This document shows, in pieces, positions 20,166 through 29,280 of a stretch of DNA of 64,000 nt. The stretch covers positions 29,787-93,786 of IMG/VR virus record IMGVR_UViG_3300006076_000001; one strand, given 5' to 3'. A program made the position numbers and the translations under genes. Source of the stretch: a virus. Each line of letters opens with the position of its first letter. The stretch's first letter is position 1. A model generated the notes under the pieces. It worked only from the letters and a program-made list of their open reading frames with translations, did not search any database and had not been told where the DNA came from.

Positions 20166-20834
20166 TTATTTTATACAGTCGGCAACTTCTGCTTTTAATA
20201 CCTCTTTCATTTTTTCTTCGTATTCTTTAGATAACTTTGTTCTATCATCATCAGATGAAGTGTCTTTAAGTTTCGCATAATATTCATCTTTAATTTTTTC
20301 AATTGCTTGTTGCACTTTATTATGGCAACTTTTAAATGTTTCAATATTCCAATTTAAATAAATGTCTTCTTGAACTGCTTTTTTAAAATCACCGCCATTT
20401 TTAGCAACTATAGCATCTATGTAAGCATACAAAATGTCTCTATAAATAGTAGTCCCATCAAGACCTAATAATTTTTTAAGTTTCCAATATGATATTTTAT
20501 TATCATAAAGGTTTTTAAAAGTTAGATAAAATCTAACTGAATCAGACCATTTTTCAAGAGTTTTATATTTATCTTTATAAGAATTAACTTTAGATTTTAA
20601 TAACTTAACTTGTTCTCTAAGTTCTTTAACTTCTGAAAATAGGTCTGTTGTTCTTCTATTTGCATCAACTGGGTTGTAACCATCTGCTACCAATTCAGCT
20701 CTTTTATCTTTTAATTCTTTTTCTTTTTCAACTAATTTTGTTGTTAAAGCTTCTAATTCTTTTTTAGCTTCAGCCCATTGCTCTTTTAAAGCTTCCAATT
20801 CTTTAACTTTTACTTGATTAATTGTTTTTGCCAT
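20166..20834 (-). CDS. Coiled-coil hypothetical protein
   Basis: 222 aa, heptad-rich, AGGAGTCAGA SD. Confidence 0.55.
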   Translation of the reverse strand: MAKTINQVKVKELEALKEQWAEAKKELEALTTKLVEKEKELKDKRAELVADGYNPVDANRRTTDLFSEVKELREQVKLLKSKVNSYKDKYKTLEKWSDSVRFYLTFKNLYDNKISYWKLKKLLGLDGTTIYRDILYAYIDAIVAKNGGDFKKAVQEDIYLNWNIETFKSCHNKVQQAIEKIKDEYYAKLKDTSSDDDRTKLSKEYEEKMKEVLKAEVADCIK

Positions 20835-20894
20835 TTTCTGACTCCTTTTTCTGATTTCATTTATTTATAATAATGAAACTTTCATCTTTTAATA

Positions 20895-21623
20895 TTAGAT
20901 AAGTTTTAAAGCTTTTTTAAGAATGTAATTGTCACTTTCTTGTGCCACCTCTTTAATAGCTTCTTTAATAGGTTTTAATAAATGAGTTATTCTCACTGCT
21001 GACACACCTAACGCTTTAGCAATTTCTGATTTAGAATACCCTAATAATAGCATATCCATAATAGTTTTTAATGTATCATAGTTTTGTTTAACTTTTAATT
21101 TATTAAGAATTTTATCTTGTAATTGTTCCCACTCTGCTACTTCGTCTGGTTTGTATTCATCATACATTTGACTAACAACATAATCAAGTAAATCGTCTAA
21201 ACCACCCTCACCCTCTGAATTTTCATTAAAGTGAGTAGAATCTACTTCAACATCAAATTTTTTAATATATTTTTGAGATAATGCTGATAACTCTCTTTGA
21301 AACATTAAATGTAATAATTGTTCTAAACCTGCACCACCTTTTGTTTTTCTTTCTTCTCTTGTTCTAAAATTTTTAAATGGGTCTCTTTGTAACATAATGT
21401 TTGTAAAAGCTTCTACCAAGATATCCCAAGCTTTATCATAATCACCATTACCTATTACCCAAGCTAATTCTTTTTGAACTAATTTAGATAAGTTTTTAGT
21501 AAAGAAATGTGGGTCGTTTTGGTTATTTTTTGTTAATTCATCAATTAAACCTCTTTTTTTAAGCACTTCGTAAATTGATTCACTGATTTTATTAATGTTT
21601 TTATTAAATTCATAAGCTGTCAT
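20895..21623 (-). CDS. Sigma-factor-like protein with region-4 HTH
   Basis: LLLGYSKSEIAKALGVSAVRITHLL; AWDILVEAF region-2-like segment; likely start MTAYE at 21623 after AAGGAG. Confidence 0.65.
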   Translation of the reverse strand: MTAYEFNKNINKISESIYEVLKKRGLIDELTKNNQNDPHFFTKNLSKLVQKELAWVIGNGDYDKAWDILVEAFTNIMLQRDPFKNFRTREERKTKGGAGLEQLLHLMFQRELSALSQKYIKKFDVEVDSTHFNENSEGEGGLDDLLDYVVSQMYDEYKPDEVAEWEQLQDKILNKLKVKQNYDTLKTIMDMLLLGYSKSEIAKALGVSAVRITHLLKPIKEAIKEVAQESDNYILKKALKLI

Positions 21624-21769
21624 TCCCAGTCTCCTTTCATTTGTTCTCTTTAATTTCACTTTTTTATAGTTATGAAATTTTCATTTTTTAATATATTTAG
21701 AATTAAAGACTCTCTCTAATAAAATTAAAGCACACCAAAGGGTATTTTGTCAAGATATGTGAAATTGAC

Positions 21770-23611
21770 TCAACCCTCCCATTCCCATTTAAAATTACCA
21801 GAATTATAAACCCGATACCACCCAGCTAAATCCATAATTTCCCGTTCTGTGTAATCACCTTTAGCTTCAAAAACTTTAGAAATAATAGGCTTTAAATAAT
21901 CATAATTTAATAATTTATGTTTTTGAAAATGATTTCTACTGTATCTCTTAGTCTTATCTGGACTGATATAAAAATAAGATGGGTCAGTTATACTAATCAA
22001 TTTAAATCCCGCTTTATAATAAACCGAATCAGTCTCAAGATTGTTTAAATCTATTGCCGAAAAGGTTATGATTTTATCAGGATTATTTTCTCTTAAAAAG
22101 TGTTTAAATAATTTAGAGAACCCACCGACTACTGAATAATTTCTCTCCGTAGCAAATCTATCTATTTCCCAATAATCCTTTTTCTTGATAAAAGTCAGAA
22201 CTTGAATCAATTTGTCTTGATAAAATAAGCCATAATATAAATTGGACGATTTAGTCCCCTGAAAATGATTTCTATCTAAAAAGTCTTTAACATCTTTATA
22301 TTTAAGTTGTCTAATTTCACATTTTCTAGCATAAACCCTGTATTTTGATTTACCTAATTGATTCCTTATAAAAGCAAATACTAAGTCTCTCTTATTCAAC
22401 CACCAATCCTCCCAGATATGTACTAACTTAATTCCTTTTTCTGCAAAATACAATGACTTTTCTTGATGATACTTTGGATGTTTAAATTGGTCTGAATGCC
22501 ACCTAATCCCGTTAAACTCAAAGCCTATATTAAGTTCTGGAATAAAGATGTCTATTTCATATTTACTGTCTTTGTATTTAGTAGTATTAAATCCAAAAGA
22601 TTCTATATATCTTCTTATCTCTTCCTCCCCATTTGAAAAAGTATTCCCACATTTAGGACAACCCTCACCCTGCAAATGAGAATTAACCTGTTGATGGAAT
22701 AAGCCGTGTTGAGGACAAATAATTGAAACTTTTTCTTTACTATTTCTATAATGTTGTTTCCACCAATCTAATGATGGGTAAATATATTTATTTCCGTGAA
22801 TTTGTGTAGCTTTTTCTATAAACTCTTGATAAGAAAGTCTATTTTTATCTCCCATTGTTTCATAACCACATTTAAGACAGCCTTTACCACTTAGATGACT
22901 ACCCACACCCTGCATAAATTCTCCGTGTTGAGGACAAATAATTGGTACTTTGGTATCTTTATTTTTATAATTCTCTTGCCACCACTCTTCATTAAAAGGG
23001 TATTGATACCTGTTTTTATGGATTTTGGTAGCTTTACTAATAAAGTCTTGATAAGATAACTTTTTATTATTAGCACATTCGGGACAGCCTAAACCTTTTA
23101 AATGATTTTCTGCTTTTTGATAAAATAACCCGTGTTGAGGACAAATGATAGGGACTTCACTTTTCATCCCTCTATAGTTATTACACCACCAATCATTATC
23201 AAAAGAGTAATTATATAAATTATTATGGACTTTAGTGGCTTTTCTTATAAAGTCTTGATAAGAAAGTTTTCTATTTTTAGCACATTTAGGACAGCCGTGA
23301 TTATTAAGATGGTCGTTTATTCTTTGATAAAATAAGCCGTGAATGGGACAGATAATAGGTATTTTAGTTGCACTCCCACCAAAATTATCTATAAACCAAT
23401 CTAATGTAAATTGAGAGTAATCGTATCTGTTATTATAAATTTTGATTAATTTCTCTAAAATTAAATAATATTGGAACTCTTTTGGTAATCTTGAAATAAC
23501 AGCGGAATTTATAGACTTTAATTCCTCAAGAGAGGAATTATTGAGAAATTGTTTCCATTTATTTAAATTAGTTAGATTATCTGTAAGTTGTCTAATATCT
23601 GACAATCTCAT
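21770..23611 (-). CDS. Zinc-ribbon-repeat (x4) Hef-like endonuclease with GNAT-like C-terminal domain
   Basis: 4 CPxHG...GCxxC repeats; IDIFIPELNIGFEFNGIRWHS; VYARKC..FLDRNHFQG, EIDRFA..VVGGFSKL. Confidence 0.85.
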   Translation of the reverse strand: MRLSDIRQLTDNLTNLNKWKQFLNNSSLEELKSINSAVISRLPKEFQYYLILEKLIKIYNNRYDYSQFTLDWFIDNFGGSATKIPIICPIHGLFYQRINDHLNNHGCPKCAKNRKLSYQDFIRKATKVHNNLYNYSFDNDWWCNNYRGMKSEVPIICPQHGLFYQKAENHLKGLGCPECANNKKLSYQDFISKATKIHKNRYQYPFNEEWWQENYKNKDTKVPIICPQHGEFMQGVGSHLSGKGCLKCGYETMGDKNRLSYQEFIEKATQIHGNKYIYPSLDWWKQHYRNSKEKVSIICPQHGLFHQQVNSHLQGEGCPKCGNTFSNGEEEIRRYIESFGFNTTKYKDSKYEIDIFIPELNIGFEFNGIRWHSDQFKHPKYHQEKSLYFAEKGIKLVHIWEDWWLNKRDLVFAFIRNQLGKSKYRVYARKCEIRQLKYKDVKDFLDRNHFQGTKSSNLYYGLFYQDKLIQVLTFIKKKDYWEIDRFATERNYSVVGGFSKLFKHFLRENNPDKIITFSAIDLNNLETDSVYYKAGFKLISITDPSYFYISPDKTKRYSRNHFQKHKLLNYDYLKPIISKVFEAKGDYTEREIMDLAGWYRVYNSGNFKWEWEG

Positions 23612-23648
23612 CTGACTCCCTTTATATTATCTTTACTTTTTATAATAA

Positions 23649-25331
23649 TTACATTTCATCTTCTAAGTCTCCAAGAATTTCTTTTTTAATTTTTGCTTCC
23701 TCTTTTATTTTTCTTAATGTCTCTTCATAATCCATTCCAAGATAATCTTCAATTAAAATGCTAACTGGTAATTTACCATCACTAATAAGGTCACTAATTT
23801 TATCAATATAATCTTCTATGATTACACTACCTTTATAATAACCTATTCTTGGATAAATAGGTTGAGGCTTTCCTAAAGTGTTAAAATAATAAAATCCTTT
23901 TTTAATAGCAATAGGGATAACAATTCTATCTCTGATTATACTCATTATATGAGAGGTAATAGTGTTAAACTCAGTTTGTAACATTTGAAGACTAATAAAA
24001 CTATTTCCATATGAATCGTCTCCACTAATAAGTGCTGTAGGGACACCTAACCCACTAGCAACTGCTTCTATTAATTCACCTTTATCATCATCAGATAAAC
24101 TATCCTTAATTGCAAAGTCTATATCTGTTACGGATACATCATAATTAGTTCCTATAATAGATATATCATTTTGTTGAGCCATTTCTGTAATGTCATCTAC
24201 CAAAAGATTTATTTCGTCTGGAGTGCTTTCAGTAGAAGTAACTATCTTTACATTTTTATCAATTGCATTAATTTTCTTTCTTCTTTTTAATTTTGCTGTA
24301 TGTAAATCTATTAACTCCTCTAAAATAGAAATTAAAGTGGTAGATTTATCATCAGTTGCTATCTCTACAAAGTAGATTGGCTCTGATGTATCATTAGTAA
24401 TAGTTATTGTTTCCCTACCCTCAAAAATAGCATCTACATTTAAAGAAGCGAATGTAGAAGTATATCCCATTCTTACTAGCTTAGATACAATCTGTTTTTT
24501 AATGTTATGTTGTGCTTCTTCAGAATAACCAAATTCTGACATTAATTTAGGTTTATTTGACTCTATGTATTTTTTGATATATGGAGAAACTGGGATTTCA
24601 ATTTCCATAAAGTCGATTTCTGTATTTTCTGAAATAGAATTTATCTCAAACACTGAAAGGACTTGTATTCTTTCTATACCTGAAAAATTAGCATCAAACA
24701 TAGGCATTATTTTTTGAATAACCCATTTAATATCTTTATAAACTACTTCCTCTGGATTTATATTATACTTTTCTACAATCTGATTAATTTTTACCAAATC
24801 ATCTTTTATATAGGTAACTATTTTAGTATCATCTAAATAATCAAAGTTACTGTATGCTTTATTGTCTATTTGCTCTGTATCTACAATAACGAATGCTCTT
24901 CCATAAACATAATAATTAAAAAAGATTTTATGTAATTTATCTATAAAATTAATTTTTTCAAAATTTTGAGAAAAGAAATCATAGACTACATCTTGTATAA
25001 TATCATTATCAGGGTTTTTAGGTTTAATAATTGAAACCGCCGATAATGGTATCTTAATTTTAAGATTAATAGCTCTCCTAACAATATGATTCTTTTTGTA
25101 AAAATAATATGCTAACAAAGCCTGATGATATGAGCTTAGTATGTCTAAATTTAATGACCCCTCAGATAACCTTGCTATTAATGCTGAAGCTTCTACCAAT
25201 AAAGGGTCATTGTCATATTCAATATCATCTTCATCACCGCTTAAAATCTCTTCCTCTATAAGTTTATTATTACTTTTAACAAAAGAGAAAAGAGAAGCTG
25301 TCATATGAGTTTTTTCTGTTTTTTCAGCCAT
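23649..25331 (-). CDS. Portal protein (putative)
   Basis: YFYKKNHIVRRAINLK...PLS, YYVYGRAF, GLGVPTALISG..SY; 560 aa. Confidence 0.7.
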   Translation of the reverse strand: MAEKTEKTHMTASLFSFVKSNNKLIEEEILSGDEDDIEYDNDPLLVEASALIARLSEGSLNLDILSSYHQALLAYYFYKKNHIVRRAINLKIKIPLSAVSIIKPKNPDNDIIQDVVYDFFSQNFEKINFIDKLHKIFFNYYVYGRAFVIVDTEQIDNKAYSNFDYLDDTKIVTYIKDDLVKINQIVEKYNINPEEVVYKDIKWVIQKIMPMFDANFSGIERIQVLSVFEINSISENTEIDFMEIEIPVSPYIKKYIESNKPKLMSEFGYSEEAQHNIKKQIVSKLVRMGYTSTFASLNVDAIFEGRETITITNDTSEPIYFVEIATDDKSTTLISILEELIDLHTAKLKRRKKINAIDKNVKIVTSTESTPDEINLLVDDITEMAQQNDISIIGTNYDVSVTDIDFAIKDSLSDDDKGELIEAVASGLGVPTALISGDDSYGNSFISLQMLQTEFNTITSHIMSIIRDRIVIPIAIKKGFYYFNTLGKPQPIYPRIGYYKGSVIIEDYIDKISDLISDGKLPVSILIEDYLGMDYEETLRKIKEEAKIKKEILGDLEDEM

Positions 25332-25342
25332 TTTATTCCTCC

Positions 25343-27682
25343 TTAATTAGCACAACCTACACAAATATAACTAGTAGGTCTTGCGTAATAGGTTGTTTTA
25401 ATACCTTTTTGCCAAGCTTTGATATAAAATTTAGCTAAATAATTTGAATCGTGTTTATTACTAAAATAAGGAACTTCCATAGAAATACCCATATCTACCC
25501 ATTTTTGGAATAAAGCATAAGTATCTAAGTATTGAGTAAAGATGTCAATGTTATAAAGAGAACTTGCATTATAGACCCATCTATATTTATCATATTCAGG
25601 AACTACTACTGTCTCTGTTCCAAAAATACCTGTTTTTTCATAAATTGGAGATTTAATAGGCATAATTGATGCTGTTTCTCCCATAACTGCTGAAGTTCCA
25701 GTATTAGGAGCTATAGCAAAAAGTCCAGTGTTTGCCATTCCTTTTTCTTTAATAAGATTATGAAGTTCAATCCATTTATTACCTAATTTACCATTTTTAG
25801 CGATTTCTTCTACAGGTCTACCAAAGAATACACCTCTTTCCCAATCTGAGCCATAAAATGCTGGAGCTACTCCAAAAAATCCAGTAGCTTTAACTGATGC
25901 TTTAATTACATAATAAGCTACTCTCTCAAGAACTTCTTCAGTCCATTTTAAAGCTTCTGGTGTCCCATAAACTAAGTTATGTCTAGCTAATGCATGAGCG
26001 TAACCAATATAACCTATACCGATTTTTCTAAACTTTTTATCGAATTTAGTTGATTGAGGATTTGATGAATGAGTTAAACTCATTACTGCGTTTAATTGTA
26101 ATACTATGGTATCAGCTACATCCCCTAACTCTTCATCTGATAAATCACAGATTTTATTAAAGTTTAAAGATGATAAATGACAAGTAGCCGCAAATGAATC
26201 TTTTAAATTCCATTTAATAGTTTCGATGTCATTTTCAAATAAATGTTCTTGTGGATTAATGTCATCATTAAATGGAGTATGTATCCCTAAAAATTCCATA
26301 CATAAATTACCAGAATAAATTACACCTTTATGTTTATTTGCATTTGCTCTATTAACTGCATCTCTATAAAAGAAAAACGGGTCACCTATTTCTGGGACTC
26401 TGTCTATAATTTCCATATAAAATGACAGAGCGTCCACTTGTTTAAATAGTCTTAATTTACCCTCAATCCCCATTTGTTCCAGCATTTTATACTTTTCTTC
26501 AAACTCTTCGCCATAAAAATCAGATAAATCTTTACCCAAAATCTGTTTAATTTCATAAGGGTCAAATAAAGACCATTTTCCTTTTTGTTTTATTCTCTTA
26601 AAGAATAAATCAGGAACTGAAACACTTCTGAAAATCGTAGTAGCTTTCTTTTTAACATCACCATTAATGTCTTTCAACTGAATAAAATCACCAATGTCAA
26701 AATGCCATAAATCCATAGTAACATTAGCATTACCTTGTCTTATGTCTAATTGGTCTGTTGCTGATACACAAGCATCTACAATCCTAATGTATGGTATTGA
26801 CCCACCAGCAACTCCCCATTTTCCTTTAATTGCTGAGCCTCTTGCCCTAATTTTCCCCATATAAACACCGAAACCTCTACCCATAGATAAGTCTTCAGTT
26901 AATTTAACAATCGAATAATTTATTGATTTCAAACTATCACCAATAGCAAGAACTTCACAAGATGTCCCATTAAAGTTATTTGTTCTTAAATTAGATAGTA
27001 TTGGAGTAGCTGGAGAAATTGTTCTTTCTTTAACAAAATGTTTAAATAGTTTTTTTACCATTAGATTTCTAAAGTCTTTAGATTTAAACACAGAAGCAAT
27101 TGCCATTGCAACACCAAGATACATCTCTTGTGGTAACTCAACTACCTTATTACCTTTATTAGCTAAATATTGAGACTCCATAGACCTCAAAACAACTGGT
27201 TCTAATTCATTTTCCCAATTTTCATTATACATTGAAACAAACTCTTTTAAGTCATCATCTGAATAACAGCTAAACAACTCTTTATTCCAAACACCTAATT
27301 CCATAAGCTTTTTAATAACTTCTATTCTTGTATCAATAGAGCCATACCCAAATTTCCTATTTACTTTAGTCCCTAAAATTTTTGCCGTATTGTATCTAAT
27401 CCTTTTATTTAAGTCCATATTAATTAAACGACCTTTTACATAAGTCCAATTAGGATTATCAGAATCAATTAATTGTTCTGCTGTATCAATTAACATTTGC
27501 TGAATTTCTATTGTTTTAATACCATCTTTTATTAATAAAGAAAATTTTTCTTCTAACACCTGAGGGTCTACCCCATCAATCCCCTCTGTAGCCCATTTAA
27601 TTGTTCTTCTAATTTTAGAACTATTCCATTCCACTTTAGAGCCATCTCTTTTTTCTACAAAGACTTTTCTATTACCTACCAT
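25343..27682 (-). CDS. nrdA: Class I ribonucleotide reductase alpha subunit with ATP cone
   Basis: VEKRDG ATP cone, SPATP, TSC, SGNLCME, TCHLSS, APNTG, KTTYY, terminal CVGC. Confidence 0.95.
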   Translation of the reverse strand: MVGNRKVFVEKRDGSKVEWNSSKIRRTIKWATEGIDGVDPQVLEEKFSLLIKDGIKTIEIQQMLIDTAEQLIDSDNPNWTYVKGRLINMDLNKRIRYNTAKILGTKVNRKFGYGSIDTRIEVIKKLMELGVWNKELFSCYSDDDLKEFVSMYNENWENELEPVVLRSMESQYLANKGNKVVELPQEMYLGVAMAIASVFKSKDFRNLMVKKLFKHFVKERTISPATPILSNLRTNNFNGTSCEVLAIGDSLKSINYSIVKLTEDLSMGRGFGVYMGKIRARGSAIKGKWGVAGGSIPYIRIVDACVSATDQLDIRQGNANVTMDLWHFDIGDFIQLKDINGDVKKKATTIFRSVSVPDLFFKRIKQKGKWSLFDPYEIKQILGKDLSDFYGEEFEEKYKMLEQMGIEGKLRLFKQVDALSFYMEIIDRVPEIGDPFFFYRDAVNRANANKHKGVIYSGNLCMEFLGIHTPFNDDINPQEHLFENDIETIKWNLKDSFAATCHLSSLNFNKICDLSDEELGDVADTIVLQLNAVMSLTHSSNPQSTKFDKKFRKIGIGYIGYAHALARHNLVYGTPEALKWTEEVLERVAYYVIKASVKATGFFGVAPAFYGSDWERGVFFGRPVEEIAKNGKLGNKWIELHNLIKEKGMANTGLFAIAPNTGTSAVMGETASIMPIKSPIYEKTGIFGTETVVVPEYDKYRWVYNASSLYNIDIFTQYLDTYALFQKWVDMGISMEVPYFSNKHDSNYLAKFYIKAWQKGIKTTYYARPTSYICVGCAN

Positions 27683-27707
27683 TGTCTTGTTACTCCTTTC
27701 TTACTTT

Positions 27708-28064
27708 TTAAGCTAATTTTTCTAACTGAGAAACTATTTCATCATCTTCAATGATTTCTAATAAAGCATCCCTGTATGTTTTAATATGTATATCTGCTTG
27801 TTCTAACTGATTCTGAATCATATTAATTAAAAATAAATACTCTCTCTTAAGGTTTTCATCTGTATTAATACAATCATCATCATAAAGACAATCATAATTT
27901 ATTTGAGACAGAAACTTTTCTACAATTGGTCTAAGTCTTTCTAAAAGTATGTAATATTTATCTGTCTCAACTTCTCTATCTGAAAAATCAACTAATGGTA
28001 TATCATTATCTGAATTTTGTCTTTCTTCCATAAAAAGAGGAACAAAAGAAAATAAATTAGCCAT
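27708..28064 (-). CDS. Acidic hypothetical protein
   Basis: ORF with SD. Confidence 0.5.
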   Translation of the reverse strand: MANLFSFVPLFMEERQNSDNDIPLVDFSDREVETDKYYILLERLRPIVEKFLSQINYDCLYDDDCINTDENLKREYLFLINMIQNQLEQADIHIKTYRDALLEIIEDDEIVSQLEKLA

Positions 28065-28076
28065 CTTAGTTCCTTT

Positions 28077-28358
28077 TTATCTAAATGAAATTCCACTATA
28101 TGATTCTCTTACTTTAATCCCGTTTTTCTTACCTTTTTTAATCTCTTCTACACAGCTACATTTTTTACCATTTTTCTTAAACCCGAAGTTATAAGCAAAT
28201 ACAGCTTCTCTTACTCTTTCTGTGTTTCCTGATTTTAAAGCCTCACAAATACACTCACAAGTAACTCCCTTATACCCTTTAGATTTACAATAATGTGTGA
28301 ATTTACCTTTATTTTTTGGGTCAATATGAATATTAGAATTAGCAATTAAATGAATCAT
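28077..28358 (-). CDS. Small basic Cys-rich protein with MIHLxA leader
   Basis: MIHLIANS; NKGKFT.YC...C.C...R..A.FA. Confidence 0.6.
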   Translation of the reverse strand: MIHLIANSNIHIDPKNKGKFTHYCKSKGYKGVTCECICEALKSGNTERVREAVFAYNFGFKKNGKKCSCVEEIKKGKKNGIKVRESYSGISFR

Positions 28359-28370
28359 TTTTATCTCCTT

Positions 28371-29186
28371 TTATTTTAAGATTTCTAACTGGTTTTTTCT
28401 TTCAAAACTTTTTAATGCTGAAAATTTTGTTCTTGTATAAGCTCTTGCTGGTAAAGATAATTTAACTACCCCCTTAGATAAAATAGTTTGTGGAAAATGA
28501 TACAAGAAACTATTCGTTACTCCTGCATATGCTGGAGGGTGGTCGTAAGATAAAAGAGAGTTTTCAATAAAAGTCATAGGATAAGAATCATAATCGTCTT
28601 CATCATACTCTGGTATCTCTCTATTTTTATTCAATGGTGATGCGATATCAGCAATAACTGATTTATACCCATATGGAGTAATGTATTTATCTCCTAAATG
28701 AAATATAATATGATGACATTCATCAGTATCAGAAACAGAAATATTACCACACAAACTACAAATAGTAGAAGTTGATAATACACCCATTGATGTTTTAACT
28801 TCTCCTGTTTCTTCTATTTGTTTAACAAAATCTACATCTGGACTAACCTCTTTATTTATAGCCATAAGCAACTCAACTATAAATCTATACTTACCATTTT
28901 CCTTAACTTTTCTTAAAGCCACATCAGCCACAAACCCATAAATAAAGTTCATATCTTGATTATGGTCTCTAAAAATAGGTGCACCAAAATATGTTTTTGC
29001 AAATTGAAGTAAGTCTTCATTTATAAAAGTATTACCATTGTCATTTACATACTTATCAAATCCCTCAGCGATGGTATGTCCGTCCTCCATTATTGGAACT
29101 GATGATAAAGCGGAATTTTGTAAGAAAAACCATTTATCAGTTGGCAATAAAATGTCAATCTTATTTGGGTTTTTAACAAAAGCCAT
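28371..29186 (-). CDS. Prohead (maturation) protease
   Basis: FRDHN...G.V.D, KTSMG...CSLCGN...CHHI, FIENS; downstream of terminase. Confidence 0.72.
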   Translation of the reverse strand: MAFVKNPNKIDILLPTDKWFFLQNSALSSVPIMEDGHTIAEGFDKYVNDNGNTFINEDLLQFAKTYFGAPIFRDHNQDMNFIYGFVADVALRKVKENGKYRFIVELLMAINKEVSPDVDFVKQIEETGEVKTSMGVLSTSTICSLCGNISVSDTDECHHIIFHLGDKYITPYGYKSVIADIASPLNKNREIPEYDEDDYDSYPMTFIENSLLSYDHPPAYAGVTNSFLYHFPQTILSKGVVKLSLPARAYTRTKFSALKSFERKNQLEILK

Positions 29187-29278
29187 TATTTTCTCCTCCT
29201 TTTATATTTATTAGAATAAGGTGCTGACTTAGTATTTGGATACTTACTTCTATAAATTTTTGGTTTTTTTCTAGCCAT
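29186..29278 (-). CDS. 30-aa highly basic peptide
   Basis: MARKKPKIYRSKYPNTKSAPYSNKYKRRRK; GGAG SD, TAATG coupling to the protease, fills the terminase-protease gap. Confidence 0.6.
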   Translation of the reverse strand: MARKKPKIYRSKYPNTKSAPYSNKYKRRRK

Positions 29279-29280
29279 TC

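Noticed and set aside
274-23076. Mutually similar short minus-strand ORFs (274-555, 5621-5806, 5840-6028, 8019-8222, 22891-23076)
   Set aside because: Alternative-frame translations of the endonuclease zinc repeats
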